From positions 116,436,001 through 116,500,000 of the forward strand of contig NC_042998.1 of NCBI RefSeq assembly GCF_006345805.1: DNA of 64,000 bases. Direction: 5' to 3'. Shown in pieces: positions 1 to 16,248 of the stretch (its first letter is position 1; each line of letters starts with the position of its first letter). The translations under genes and the position numbers were made by a program. The stretch comes from Octopus sinensis. Taxonomy: Eukaryota. The notes under the pieces were generated by a model. It worked only from the letters and a program-made list of their open reading frames with translations. It did not search any database and had not been told where the DNA came from.

Positions 1-245
1 GTGTAAAGAGAGTGCCTACAACATCGACTAAAGTTAATAAGTAGCGATCTTGATACAAACCATGAAGAAATGATCAAGCTAAGTAACAGTCCGTTAAGCA
101 ACAACTATCCCGAAAACATACTATCCACTCCGATTATGAAGAGAAGAGAGGACATAAACCATAAACTAACAAAAAGTCTGTCAATCTTATGTATTTCCGA
201 AAAGATACGAAAAGATATGGGGAGGACAAATTTCCGTCATATGTA
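1..245 (+). mobile_element. Decayed Penelope-like RT thumb/linker fragment
   Basis: Frame 1 reads LQHRLKLISSDLDTNHEEMIKLSNSPLSNNYPENIL, resembling the PLE 'HRA..ICS...EEL..L...L..N.YP..II' segment. A C-rich, G-poor tract follows to about 1440. Confidence 0.5.
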
Positions 246-352
246 AATAATATATATAATTCCACATCTCTCAAATATAGAACTGTACAAATATACATGT
301 GTATAAATGTATATGTATACACACACACACGCACACACATACAGACACACAT

Positions 353-405
<53 letters not shown>

Positions 406-1743
406 CATAGGTGTGTATGTATATATATATATATATGTACACACACACGCATATATATATATGTATATATATACATATATATGTGTGTGTACATATATAT
501 GTATATGATACTATTTTTATGAGATAAATATTAATTCTTTAATTTATTTTTAAGCCTTAACCCGATAAATCACCTAATACAAACCCCCTTACTCTAACTC
601 CCACTCATAAGTTACCATTCAACTAGCTCTTCCTTTCTCGACTACCTACTATCCCATAACCCATTGCTAAAAATAACTCTATAGCCACTGACCTCAACCT
701 CCTCATTCTCTCTCTTATCTTCTTGGCTACCCCGTACACAATTCTTAGACACCATACATGCAACTTTATCCTATAACCAATCCTTAAAATCCCCTCTCCC
801 TCACTATCTAACTCTCATTCTATTTATTTTTTTTCTCTTTACTTTTAACACTCAATAGCCGCCTCCGCTACCATTCTGCTATTGAACGTTGATATGCTCG
901 CGTCTTTTTTCTTGGGATGTCTACTATATCAGGATTTTAATCCACATGGATATACGCAGGATTGCACCTACGGATTAACGCTCATGCATCTACGCAGGAT
1001 TTTATCTAAGGACTCATGCTTTGGTTGCTATAACTTCGGAAAGTTGAATTATGAACTTTTATGTTTTTTTCTTCTTTCTTTCCTTCTCCTTATTCTTTTT
1101 TCTCCCTTCCTCTATGTCGTTATCTTATTGATATATATATATACCATTCTCATTTTCCATATTTTTTCCCTATTTGTCTGTGATGTTGGAATATCCCATA
1201 CTCAGGGATATCCCACCAACTGCTGTACGATTTTGAATTTCTTACTATAATACTATTGTATACGACTTGAGATGTTTGCCTTCCCTTAATGTTTGCTGTC
1301 CTGTTTAACAATTATATATCCGCTGCATCGGAAACCTGCAATAGCTCCATAACTACCGCCTTAGCTATAATCTTGGGGCCCCAGTAATCCGTTACAACAC
1401 TTACCTAGCGTACCTAATTGATTAGATCACCTGTTAAATAAACACCCATCATATATATGTGTATATATATATATATATGGGTGTGTGTGAGTGTGTGTGT
1501 GTGTGTGTGAATGTAAATATGCATACATCAATGCACACATGTCGATATATATGTGGATGTATACAAAGAGATACAAAAACTAGAAATGTTCAAAATATCT
1601 ACAAGCATATATATATATATATAATACACACACACACACACACACACTCTCTCACACACACACATATATATATGTATGTATGTATATATACTGGAAAATG
1701 TGTGAGATCCTTGGTACAGTTGGGTATATTTGTAAAACGAAAG

Positions 1744-2207
1744 AATGACTTCACTAGTAGTTCTGATCAGTTTAATTTATCATTTTTAAGTTTTGAATAA
1801 TTTAAATTTTAGTTCATAGATCTATTACGTTCTTTGTTAACTTGGGTGTGGAGAATCATTTGAAAATAATTCCTATTAACTTCTTTGGAGAACTTTCTCG
1901 CATTTCTTTTCAAACAGATCTGAGGATTTGGGGGACTTGAGATTCCATATATGGAATTTAGGTGCGTTTGGTCTGAGGTGGGGTTCGGTTTTGTTAATCA
2001 GTGTGTGGGGGAAAGACAACTGATGAATGATAGCTGAAAGAAAGTAGTGAATCATAAATTATCTTGTGTTGACCATTCACTACTTCCTTTCATCTCCACA
2101 AACATGTTAACAAAATCTCACTAGATCTATGAACTAAAATTTGTATTAATTTAAAAAAATTGAAACACTGATAAATTACACCGATTAGATCTCCCAGTGA
2201 AATCATT
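1744..2207. repeat. Long imperfect inverted repeat
   Basis: Arms 1744-1841 and 2106-2207, including a perfect 18-bp core ttttagttcatagatcta/tagatctatgaactaaaa. Confidence 0.85.
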
Positions 2208-2220
2208 ATTTTTCTTTTTG

Positions 2221-2255
<35 letters not shown>

Positions 2256-2278
2256 TAGATATATACATATACATATAT

Positions 2279-2338
<60 letters not shown>

Positions 2339-3004
2339 CATATGCATACATACATGCATATATGTATATATAGTTGTGTATATATATATGTATGTATGTA
2401 TCTATGTTTGCATGCATGTTTATATATATACAACACAAAAATATCTAAGATTCAGTCCTATCCAAATCATATATTAATTTGAGTCATCAACCCACTGTAA
2501 AGATAGGACAAGCTTCTAGCACTAGTTAGAAGCAAGTCATTTCCGACATAAGCCACCTTTTTTCTATCTCAACTATTTCAAAATCAGTGTAAACTGTGAA
2601 ACCGCTTAAATCTTTAAATATGTGGGGAAAAAAACACAAGCATTTATACTATTCATATTGCATTTTCGACTTCTATTTAATAAACCTCCGGTTACTAACA
2701 TGATTCAATAATCTAGTCTAGGGATAACCTCCCCTCTGACAGGTCCTGTGTATATGAGCCTCCTCCAGCAGTATCTGTCTGACTTGGTTGAGCCTGCAGC
2801 CGCCACTGCTACTGCTGAATCGATTAATGGAATCTCGGCCAAAATGACAAGACTGATGAATACTGGAATGGTTTCCCTTTGACTTCTCCAAGGATGGTAA
2901 CTGATTTCTGAATGTATGACGCCGGAAGATATACCCTAAAGTATCAATCAAATCTGCCATTCTCCTAACTGCAACATGAAGTGAAGTATTTTTGTTCTAA
3001 AACT

Positions 3005-3090
3005 CTACGCACTACCCATTCCGGGAACTAAAACTCACGACCGCTAGGTCGTGAATGCAACACTGTAGTTACTAGACCAGGCATTTCCAC
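3005..3090 (-). mobile_element. tRNA-like SINE head fragment
   Basis: Reverse complement gcctggtctagtaact...tcacgacctagcggtcgtgagttttagttccc has degenerate A and B boxes. Confidence 0.45.
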
Positions 3091-3466
3091 GTCTTTCAAT
3101 AATACACTCAAAGAAATTATATCCCATTGGGAATGACAATTCTCACACCAATATTTTCCAAGTTTTTGGTGTTTTTCTCTTTTTTATATCTTGATTTTTT
3201 AATGTATTTTCGTGTTTTTTACGTTATATTAAGCATATGAATTTTTTCAAATTTTTCCTTTATTTTGGCTGATCAGAATTTTAAGTGATTCGCTATATGA
3301 AATCTTTTCACATATAATTTAGTTTTCTCACTGCTTGCCACTGTACAAAACCCGTACCCTTAACTATCGGTGTGTGTAACTGAATTTAGGAAAGGGAAAT
3401 TTATGTAAGAAGAATTTCGCTATATATCTATATCCATATCTATATCTATATCTATATCTATATCTA

Positions 3467-3569
<103 letters not shown>

Positions 3570-4112
3570 ACTGTATTCATATGTGTGCACGTGTATGTGC
3601 CTTTGCGTGTGAACTCACAAACACACACGAACATGGTGGTATCTGAGTAAGTAATTTACCTCGTTATATGCACATAAATAAATTTTCCTAATTCCTTAAG
3701 TTACTAATTTTCAATTATGCTTTCTAACATATAACAATGTGCATCTTATCGATTTATACATATGTGATATTACTCAAGATATTTTGTATTTCACTAGATT
3801 CCACCAATGGGAAACGTTGGTTTATCGGTCAACTTCTGATTTGCATCTGTGAAAATGTGACAAAAGATGAGTGAATATCCAGGTAATTGCTGATGCAGCA
3901 ATCTCTATGAAGTTTGCTATAGAATTCTACTTTTGCTGAATAATCTTTTCTCTTCTTCATACAACTAAGTTATACAAACCCATACGCACACCTTGTTCTT
4001 TTGCACATAAAGGTACGTAGATACGTGTGTATGTAAATATGGAGATATATTTACACACACACACACACACACACAATCACACACACTTAAATGCAAATAC
4101 ATACACAAGCAT

Positions 4113-4158
<46 letters not shown>

Positions 4159-4227
4159 ATCTATAAATATATGTATGTATATAATTATACATAACAAACC
4201 TACAAATCATTTATTGTGTTATAAAGT

Positions 4228-4265
<38 letters not shown>

Positions 4266-4932
4266 CTATGTGTGTGTGGATTTATATTTCCTGCACGTTC
4301 GTGTACGTATGTGTACGCCTCAGCAACTGTGTTTTAGGCTTGTACGTGTATGGATGTGTGTGAGCTTAATTATGATTTCAATCGTTGCAAACATAAATAA
4401 GAAAATGAAAACAACGAAAGAAATATATTTAGCGTACACGGACTGCGGAATAATTAACATAGTGAAGCACACATGCACACAAATGCTAACACACTCACAC
4501 ATTTGCAGACAATTTATGCTTTAAATCTCTGTAGACTAGGTATCAATTATTATTACTTTAATTAAGAGAGTCGTTCAGTGAGTAAGCGATAACACTTTGT
4601 AATGTATATTCCCATATAAAGGTAATCTTTCATACTTCAGAAGAATTCTCCAGAATCTTCGTTGACACAGTTACAACTGAAATCATTTGTGGTTTGGTTT
4701 CATTGGAGTAATTTGAATATACACAAAGACATTTAGGATAACAGCATTATACAAAACACACTTTCATACATAAAAGCATACAAATTTGTCACAGTGCTTG
4801 TGTGCGTGAAAGTATCCCTAGCTACCTTCTTACCAATCTACCTACCTATATACATACATATATACACAAACACACACACACATGTATATACATGTATATA
4901 TTTACATAAACATACATGCATATATATATATA

Positions 4933-5092
4933 GTACGGGCTTCTTACTGTGTCCCTCTACCTAATGCACACACAAGGTTTTGGTCGGGCCGAGGCTGTAG
5001 TATTGCCCAAGGTGTCACTTGCACAAGGTGCCATGCGGCGTGATTAAACCCGGGACCATGTGGTTAGGAAGCAAGCTTCTTAACACACAGAC
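4933..5092 (-). mobile_element. tRNA-derived SINE, 5' half (second family)
   Basis: Reverse complement reads ctgtgtgttaagaagcttgcttcctaaccacatggtcccgggtttaatc...ggcaccttg...cctcggcccgaccaaaacc. Confidence 0.75.
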
Positions 5093-5409
5093 ACACGTGC
5101 GCCCGTGCACCTTATATATATAAATGTATATATATATAATAAGTCAAGGTAGAAAATGCTAAAAAAAATTATGTAAAACATTTTTGTACTGGTTTCAGTC
5201 TGAAGCTTTTCCAACTCTAAGTATGGAGGAAATTAAATTGTGGAAATATTAAATGAAAAGCTTTTAAAAAAATATTTCTATACAAGTGGCATTTTCCTTG
5301 TTTCTGCCTGTCTCTGCCTCTCTTTTTTTTCTTCTTGTGGGTACGGGGTACTTATGAATTCTTGAATTTGCTTGTTTAAGCAACAATAGTAGTAAAGGAA
5401 GTGGGTGGC

Positions 5410-5555
5410 AGAAAAGAAGAAGAAGGAGGAGGAGGAGGAGGAGGAGGAGAAGAAGAATAGGAAGGAGGAGGAGGAGGAGGAGAAGGAGGAGGAAAAGAAG
5501 AAGAAGAAGAAGAAGAAGAAGAAGAAGAAGAAGAATAAGAAGAAGAAGAAGAATG
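5410..5555. repeat. Polypurine (GGA)n/(GAA)n tract
   Basis: Directly visible. Confidence 0.95.
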
Positions 5556-5664
5556 AGGGTGTGATATGATAGGATGTTAAATTGTCAAGTTCCCTGAATG
5601 TGCAACGTTGTGGATGTTAGTAGTGATTGGGACTGTTTTTAATGAATTCTCGATGTATCTCATT

Positions 5665-5850
5665 TTAATTTATGCCCAATCTCCGGAAATGTTTCGCCAC
5701 ATATATCTCCAGCGTCATGTGAGCGTCTGTTCCGCTTAATATATCTAAGCGGAACCGGAGCACATAACAGGACGGTAAGTGTCGCTGAAGCGGTCACAGG
5801 TGGGTGACGAAAGATCGCCGGACAATGGAGAACAGTAATAAACAAATGAA
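5665..5850 (-). mobile_element. GC-rich pLTR-like relic with a perfect hairpin and decayed hammerhead-like core
   Basis: 10-bp perfect stem gttccgctta/taagcggaac (5729-5755). The minus strand reads gacg CTGGAGA tatatgtggc GAAA cattTC cgg (5683-5716). Confidence 0.35.
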
Positions 5851-6006
5851 GAAAGATTATGTAGTGCATTTGTTTATTTAGCAAAATGAAAAAAATGAAA
5901 AGGAATGAAGAATGACCACCCCGAAATACAAGAATCTCTGTTACAACACAGTTTCACATTGGGAATCTTGCAACACAAATTCATAAACGTATGTATATAT
6001 ACCTAC

Positions 6007-6084
<78 letters not shown>

Positions 6085-7407
6085 CACATACAAATACTTA
6101 TTAATTTGAGTGTTTATGTTGTATTATATGAAGATATTTCGCTGATGCCCTTGCAGCCTCCCTTCCCCAACCTTTCAGTCATACTTGCGCTAGGACGTTA
6201 GGTGTGTCTCAACAATTAATTATAAGAAACATGCAGTTTAAAAGTTAATAGCGTCTTTAACAATAACAACAACAATAATGATGATATTAATAATGATAAT
6301 AATTTCTCTACTGATGAAAAAACATAAAGTGCGGTACAGGAGATAACACGAAGAGTGCATGTGTATACGTGTGTGTTATTGCGAGAATTTTGTGTGCAAA
6401 CCTGTGTTACGAAAATATATTGTAATAACATTTTTACAATGAGCATTCTTTAAGAAGGAGTTGACGCTAGAGCTCTGCTCATGAAAAGCCTAATAAAATC
6501 GTGGGCGCCCTGCCTTCTAGGTGCAGGTGCCTTTATTCCTATTTACAGGGGTATGCATATGTGTGTGTGTTTGTGTATGTGTGTGTGTTCGTGTGTGTCT
6601 GTGTGTGTGTGTGTAATTTGGTAGGCAGGAAATGTGCCGAAGCCTGTCGATATGATCTGCTGGCAAAGCATGATAGGAATATATTAGGAATACATGTTAA
6701 TTTGTACGTGTGAGTGTATGTACACACACACAGACACACACACATATATGTGTGGACTTGTGTGTGTATGTGTGCGTGCGTGTATGTACATGTGTTTCAG
6801 TGTGTGTGTATAGATATATATATATATGTCTGTTTATGTAGGTTTGTGCATGCTGATATAATACATGATGGAAGTGAAGCTAAAGTAAAATAACTGTAAC
6901 GTCGATTAACTCATGAGAAAGTGAGATAACATATTTAATTCGGTCATTAAATCTTCACAAATATTTCAAGCTATTTCCCTTTGGTAATTTAATATCTTCA
7001 ATCTCGCTTCGTAATATGGTTTTGTGCGCTAAACACATTGATATAAAATATGAACAATTTATTTTCATCAGTATGCAGGGGAAGAAGAGCAGGTTGCGTT
7101 ATTAAACCTCTTTTAGATCTCTCTTATTATCAGGTTTTTGACATAAACTGCAGTTATTGATCTCGATCAACTTGTTATTCCAAATATGCCCTGACTGAGC
7201 ACACCTATGATCAAAGGCGTTATTCTTATAACAAGCCTGCCTTTTTACATAGCGCGGAGTATATTTTACATTGTATTAACTTTCCTTTTGTAACCTTTAA
7301 GTTATGTAATTAGGCTAACTGATTTTATTGTGAAACTCAAGATTGATGAGGCACTATCACAGTCAATTCTATAAGGTAAGTTAGAAAGGAAAGACAGCGC
7401 TCAAATT

Positions 7408-8218
7408 CGAGGAGGTACACAAAAGTAAACGGAAACGTTCTCTGTGGGGCGAACCTGTTGTAGTTCAGGTTTCTGTCGCAAGCAGCCACTAGATGCCAAC
7501 CTCTGGCATTAGTCAGCCGACCGGCTTCTTCTGGTGGGGTTGTATTTTAACGTAGTGCATCTTTGTTTTGTAGTACTTGCCCCAAGTTTGTCGATTTTTG
7601 CGGTGGCTGAAATGAAGAAAAATGTGCTCCCATGAAATTCTCTTTTCTGCTGGGGAAAACGGCGGCCGAAACAGTTGTCATGATTCAAACAGCTTACAAG
7701 AACGCTGCCATGAGCAAAGGAAGCTTTCGAGGAATTTTAGCACTTTAAGGATACTCACTTGCCGCTTGAAGACCAATCTCATTCAAAGAGACCGTCGACT
7801 GCCCGAACGAAGGAAAGCATTATGAAAATTAATGAACTGATCTTGGAGGACCGTCGCCGAACTTGTTGATGTGACTAGTGTGTCCTGGAGCTTCTGCCAA
7901 CGAAGTTTCAACAATGAATTACGAATAAAAGAGTGGCGCCTCCCTTGCTCACGGAAGAGCAACAGGTGTCACGATTGAATGCGTGCCGTGAACTGAAACC
8001 ACAGTTGGAAATCTGGTTTTGCGGTATTTGCGGATGTGGAAGAAGTGAAGAAAACATCGTCGGAGGCGTTAAAAGGCATCACTTAGCAAGAGTTCCAGGA
8101 CCGGTGCATTGCTCCAAATGGAGAACACTTTGAAAGCGATAAATGTGTAAACATGTAAAATTAAATGAATGAAATATTGCAAAATGACAGTTTCTTTTGC
8201 GTATTATTTGGTATATTT
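7408..8218 (+). mobile_element. Internally deleted mariner transposon relic
   Basis: Frameshifted translation MKFSFLLGKTAAETVVMIQTAYKNAAMSK...LEDQSHSKRPSTART..INELILEDRRRT...PLLTEEQQVSRLNACRELK, jumping to the C-terminal DVEEVKKTSSEALKGIT...DRCIAPNGEHFE. The terminal repeats are degenerate. Confidence 0.85.
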
Positions 8219-8427
8219 TTAATGCTTCATAGTATGGCGGGCCACTTTATCCTGATTGGCAGCTGTAGTTATCATGAAGTGTCTAACTTGGGAATCTCAG
8301 TGCTCTCTAGTACAGGCAGCAAAGCATTCAGAAGATTTATTAAAATTTAGCTACCCATTAAGTGTATACACATCCCTTGAACAAAAGTGGGAAGTATAGG
8401 ACACACATATATGATTGGTGAGAGAAT

Positions 8428-8560
<133 letters not shown>

Positions 8561-8742
8561 TTGTGTGTGTATGTATATATCACAATGCATGTAATGTGAT
8601 GATAAATAACTAATAAATAATGAGTATTATGTAAGTGTTCACGGAAACCATGTTAGGGAATAAGCATTGAAATCTGACTGGGCAATATATTGGTATCCAT
8701 GAAGAGGTATATATATATAAATATTTATATATACATATATAA

Positions 8743-8788
<46 letters not shown>

Positions 8789-8984
8789 GTGTGTGTGTAC
8801 TCATACCTAACAGTTTATAAATTATTCTCTTAGTATTAATCCGGATTGAACGAACGGTCTACATGACAGTATGTGTGAGAGGTTGTGAGAATTGTTTTTA
8901 TCTCATTGAGTATATATTTCATTAGTGGGACATAATTTGCTTATTAATAATATACCTTGTACTAAAGGCACAAGCGCTTAAAAT

Positions 8985-9164
8985 TTGGCGGGCGGCGCTA
9001 GTCGATTACATCGACCCGAGTGTTCAGTTTGTATTCATTTTATCGACCTCCGAACTGATGAAATATAAAATTAGCTCCAGCAATATTTCGACTCAGAAAG
9101 TAAAGACGGTCGAAATGCCACTATACATTTTGCCGAGTATGCAAAAAATTACCAGCTCGCCCCC
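8985..9164 (-). mobile_element. SINE (same family, more decayed)
   Basis: gtcgattacatcgaccc...ttttatcgacc...ccagctcgcccc. Confidence 0.75.
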
Positions 9165-9847
9165 TGTACTAATAATAACTAATACCAATAATGAATTTGT
9201 TTCATGTTGTGTTAGTTATAAGTTCTGCGTATCTATGAAGAACTACTGTTTTAGATTCTGTGCATATTTACAAATTGAAAAAACAAGAGTGATATTGTAT
9301 TACAATATGAATATAGAAAACTAAAAAAGAACGGTTACAGATTCTGAAATACAAATACATGAACTCAAGTAGATGCACCCACCTACACATACATATGCAT
9401 AGAATATGTGTGTCTAAAAAACAGAATTTTTTTACGTCGAAACAATAAGCGTGAAACGAAATTATTTATGTATATATAAATATTCATAAACCGTTACACA
9501 TATGCATCATAATTTTATGTTTAGTACGGATAAAATCCAACATTCTAAAATAGAACAATAACAATTCCTTCATTAGACTAAACAATAATATATTATAGAT
9601 TTTTTTGCACTTCCCATAATTAACTAATTTTATATTAGGAAATAATGAAGCGGAATTTATCAATCCAGCTTCAAATGTATAGACTTCTCCCTCGTCTTCC
9701 CTTTTCAATAGAAACCTGAGATTAGCACGCATACATGCCATAATGTATAGGTGTGTGTATCCGTGTGTGCGTATGTGTGCTTATGCGCGTATGTATCTAA
9801 ATATATATACATTATATATATATGAATATATATATATACATATATAG

Positions 9848-9918
<71 letters not shown>

Positions 9919-11774
9919 TATATACATGCAATCGCACAACGAACATATTGTTCAGAAGGACTATTTTCAAATACCCAATGCAAGTTCTCGTGCATAATTA
10001 ATATCCATACTCACCAATGTTAAGACAATAATACAAATATTGATTTTGTTTTAGGACAAAACACGCACGCTGGAATTTAATTAGTAATGGCTTCATTCAA
10101 AAATACGACGCTTGAAAGAAATAGAGTCTTGCTAAATAGTTATTTAAATCTTTGAATAACAAATTGTGATTTTATTTCTAAAGATTTGATTTTCTCTTAA
10201 TTGCGTTAATTGTATTTCTCACACGATAACATAAATAGACGACGTACCGAAAATTTAGATCACATATAATCGATTGTGTGTTTCTGATAAAACTAGACTA
10301 GAATGGAACATTTTGGAAAAACTATCGGGAAACTACACCAGGCGCCGTTTATACATTTATATGGCAGTTGATTTCAAGTTGTACCACGAGATATATTTCC
10401 AATATTGTAAGAACTATTCAAAATCTGTATTTTTTCTTAAACAGTATTGTTTTAATATTATTTGCAACAGTTATAGTTTACTGGATATTACAGGGATTTT
10501 TTCGAGAGAAGGAGAAATATGAACACAAAGTAGAAGAAATAAACGCGTATCATATTATTGATAATCACTATATAGAAAGAAATATTATATGGACCGTTGC
10601 ATAAATATCATCTAACACGTGTTCCTGCTGTCTATATCTGGTTATGGGAAAGTGAACAATTTTCTTGGTGCCATTCAAGTATAGTTCAGGCCACGAAATG
10701 CAATAGGGGTAGTCATTCAATACAATAATCATTCATTTCTGACTGGAACTACCATATAAAATCCATTTATGCAATGATGCTTTTTTTTTTTACTGAACAA
10801 TTTAATTTGCAATTCTATTTCTAGATTAAGCAATTCTACAGATGGTCTTTATCTGTCCTATTAATATTGATTTCGTTGCACAGAAAACAACGTCCAGTCG
10901 TTCTACAGAACAAGACGCATACATCATTTTTTTTCACGTCACTTGCAAAGAGGGAAGTAAAATAAATATAAGAATCCTGATTCTGCAGAAAAAAGATTAG
11001 ATAACGCATTTATGTGATATATTGTTTTTAACGTGTTTTTTTTTCTTTTTTCTTTGTACAATGATGAAATCATTATTAGGATACGTTTCAGTTCAGATGT
11101 AAGCATGAACTTATTGTATTATTTCATTCAGCTTAATATCATGGTCAAATCGGGGTTAAGGGTAGTTTGATTGGAAAAAAACTAAAAAGTGAAAGATTTG
11201 TACAAATTTCCTGGTATTAAATAGCACAGAAACATCTACATATATGTACGTATAGGTGTATATGTCTATCTAAAGACACACACGCACACACACACATACA
11301 CATACACATACACACACATACACACACACTCGTTTGTGTGTATGCATAAAACCAATATTGAGAATGGCAGGGTTAGAAAGTGAGAGGTAGGAGAAAATAC
11401 GAATGAAACTAATGGTTTATTTGTGATAATTTTATCGACAAATGGTTACCGTTGAACTCAGCAGGATTCGAAGCAAGGACGCAAGACGCTACAACCATTA
11501 ACGTAAATTATAAAACTGCTGCTTTGACGATTCTGCACAGTGAGACGGTTTTTTGTTGTTAAGTGCAGCACCCTTGGTGCCAACAAGTAAACGTACAATG
11601 AGCGAAGTTTTATTAGCGACTTATCTAAATAAAATTTCTAAAGTAACGTACGACAGCAAACGTAGATGGGCCGATGTCCTTCAAGTGTGAGGGGCCGAAG
11701 GAAAAGTGTGCAGATAAGAAAGTGAATCTTATTTTAAAGGCTATAAATAAATTCAGTAGTTGAACGGTGTCTGT

Positions 11775-11817
<43 letters not shown>

Positions 11818-11872
11818 AAGTAGTAGTAGTAGTAGTAGTTGCTGTTGTTATTAGTAGTAGTTGTTGTTGTTT

Positions 11873-11912
<40 letters not shown>

Positions 11913-11990
11913 AAGAAGAAGAAGTAGAAGAAGAAGAAGAAGAAGAAGAAGAAGAAGAAGAAGAAGAAGAAGAAGAAGAAGAAGAAGAAA
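11775..11990. repeat. Compound trinucleotide microsatellite (GCA)n(GTA)n(GTT)n(GTA)n(GAA)n
   Basis: Directly visible. Confidence 0.95.
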
Positions 11991-12848
11991 AGATGGTGGG
12001 AAAATATAAACATGAAATAAGAAACAAGGAGAACAGAAGCAAAAAGGAAAACACAGATATAAAATAATTAAACACCTGAGAAAGGCCTCAAGGAATAAAG
12101 AGATAGCACAAAGAAAAAAGGAAAAAGAAAGTTGGCGCCGGATATAAGTGCAAATTTGAAATAATTGTTTAGCCCGTTTCTACTGAAGCGTGTTCGATCA
12201 AAGCTATATAGCACCACTAAGTTGCTACCAAAAGTAAATAGGCGAATAAAAGATGTCTATATGTAGAGGAACGTGCGCTTGTGTATATACGTCATTTGCA
12301 TGCCATCATAACTTAAAATGTTATTTTTTAAATCACATATATATGTGTGGGTTCATTCAATATGTGTTTTGTTTTGCTGTTAATGAATATTAACTGAAAT
12401 ATTTCTTTTCTACTGATTTTGGAACGATGCCATATACATATACTCTCAAAATATCTTGTACATTTACTTCCGTACTTCTAAGTATTCATTCAAGTACTTT
12501 CTCAAATAGTTTTCATTTGCGTTTCTTTAAGATAAGTTGTGATTAATTTAGGTTTTTTTTCTCACATACTATATACATCTTTAAATTTGCGTGATTATAT
12601 TGATAATTATTTCGAGGCACTATTTGATTGATACTTCATTTTATCATCTAAAGGATGGAAATCAATGCTGACCCTGGTTGGATTTAGGAATCAAGATATA
12701 AACACGTGCATTTTTAAGAGTTTTGGTCAACGCTGTAACAATTCCTACATACCACCCTTATCTTAGTAATGTTATACAAATAACACTATGACACAAACGA
12801 GAATCAAGATAAATGCATTCAATAATAGCCACGAATGGCAAGATTATC

Positions 12849-13097
12849 GGTACTACTTAAGAAGAGTCGTGACTAGTCGATCCTTACTTTGTGTTTTTGT
12901 ATTTTATTCACCTTCTTTAAAAAATTATTTACTTTGTGCTTTTGTGTTTTATTTACTTTGTGTAAAAAAAAATATTTATTTTGTGTTTTATTTACTTTGT
13001 TAGGTAGTCGTTGTAGGATTGAGTACTCAAGACTAGCTAGCGCGGATGCGCAACTACGCGAGTGCACGCACCGGGACCAATCTTCTTAAGTAGCACC
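12849..13097. mobile_element. MITE with 17-bp TIRs and 9-bp TSD (Merlin- or Mutator-like)
   Basis: TIRs ggtactacttaagaaga and tcttcttaagtagcacc (16/17 match). Exact flanking duplication aagattatc at 12840-12848 and 13098-13106. Internal tandem repeats of ttatttactttgtg. Confidence 0.88.
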
Positions 13098-13430
13098 AAG
13101 ATTATCGCCATTCAGTTATTTCTTTTAAATGTTTGTGATAGAATCATGCAGGGAATTAATTAGCATTGCAATTAAATAAATAACAGTGTGAATGGCTAAA
13201 ATGTCAGTTTCCCAAGCACATGATTTTGGGTTCGATAACTGCCTGTGGCACTCTATGCTGGAATGCTGACACTATTTCATATTTCATATACAGACAAACA
13301 AATGTACACTCATTAATGGCGGTCGCTCCCGTCGATTTCGATGCATGAGTGTTTGGAGGAGGAAATTTAAAGAGAAAAAGTTGTTTTAAAATGTGGGACA
13401 GACTTGTAGAGGTGACATTTATTCAGGCAG

Positions 13431-16248
<2,818 letters not shown>

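Noticed and set aside
2029-2075. CTGATGA...GAAA motif
   Set aside because: No stem II or stem I pairing and no NUH site in register, so not a hammerhead.
5180-5220. Minus-strand TTGGAAA...GACT GAAA CCAG TA motif as a functional ribozyme
   Set aside because: The core, stem I and stem II are all broken; counted only as a decayed relic.
12885-13000. CRISPR-like short repeats
   Set aside because: A degenerate tandem repeat without unique spacers, inside a MITE in eukaryotic DNA.
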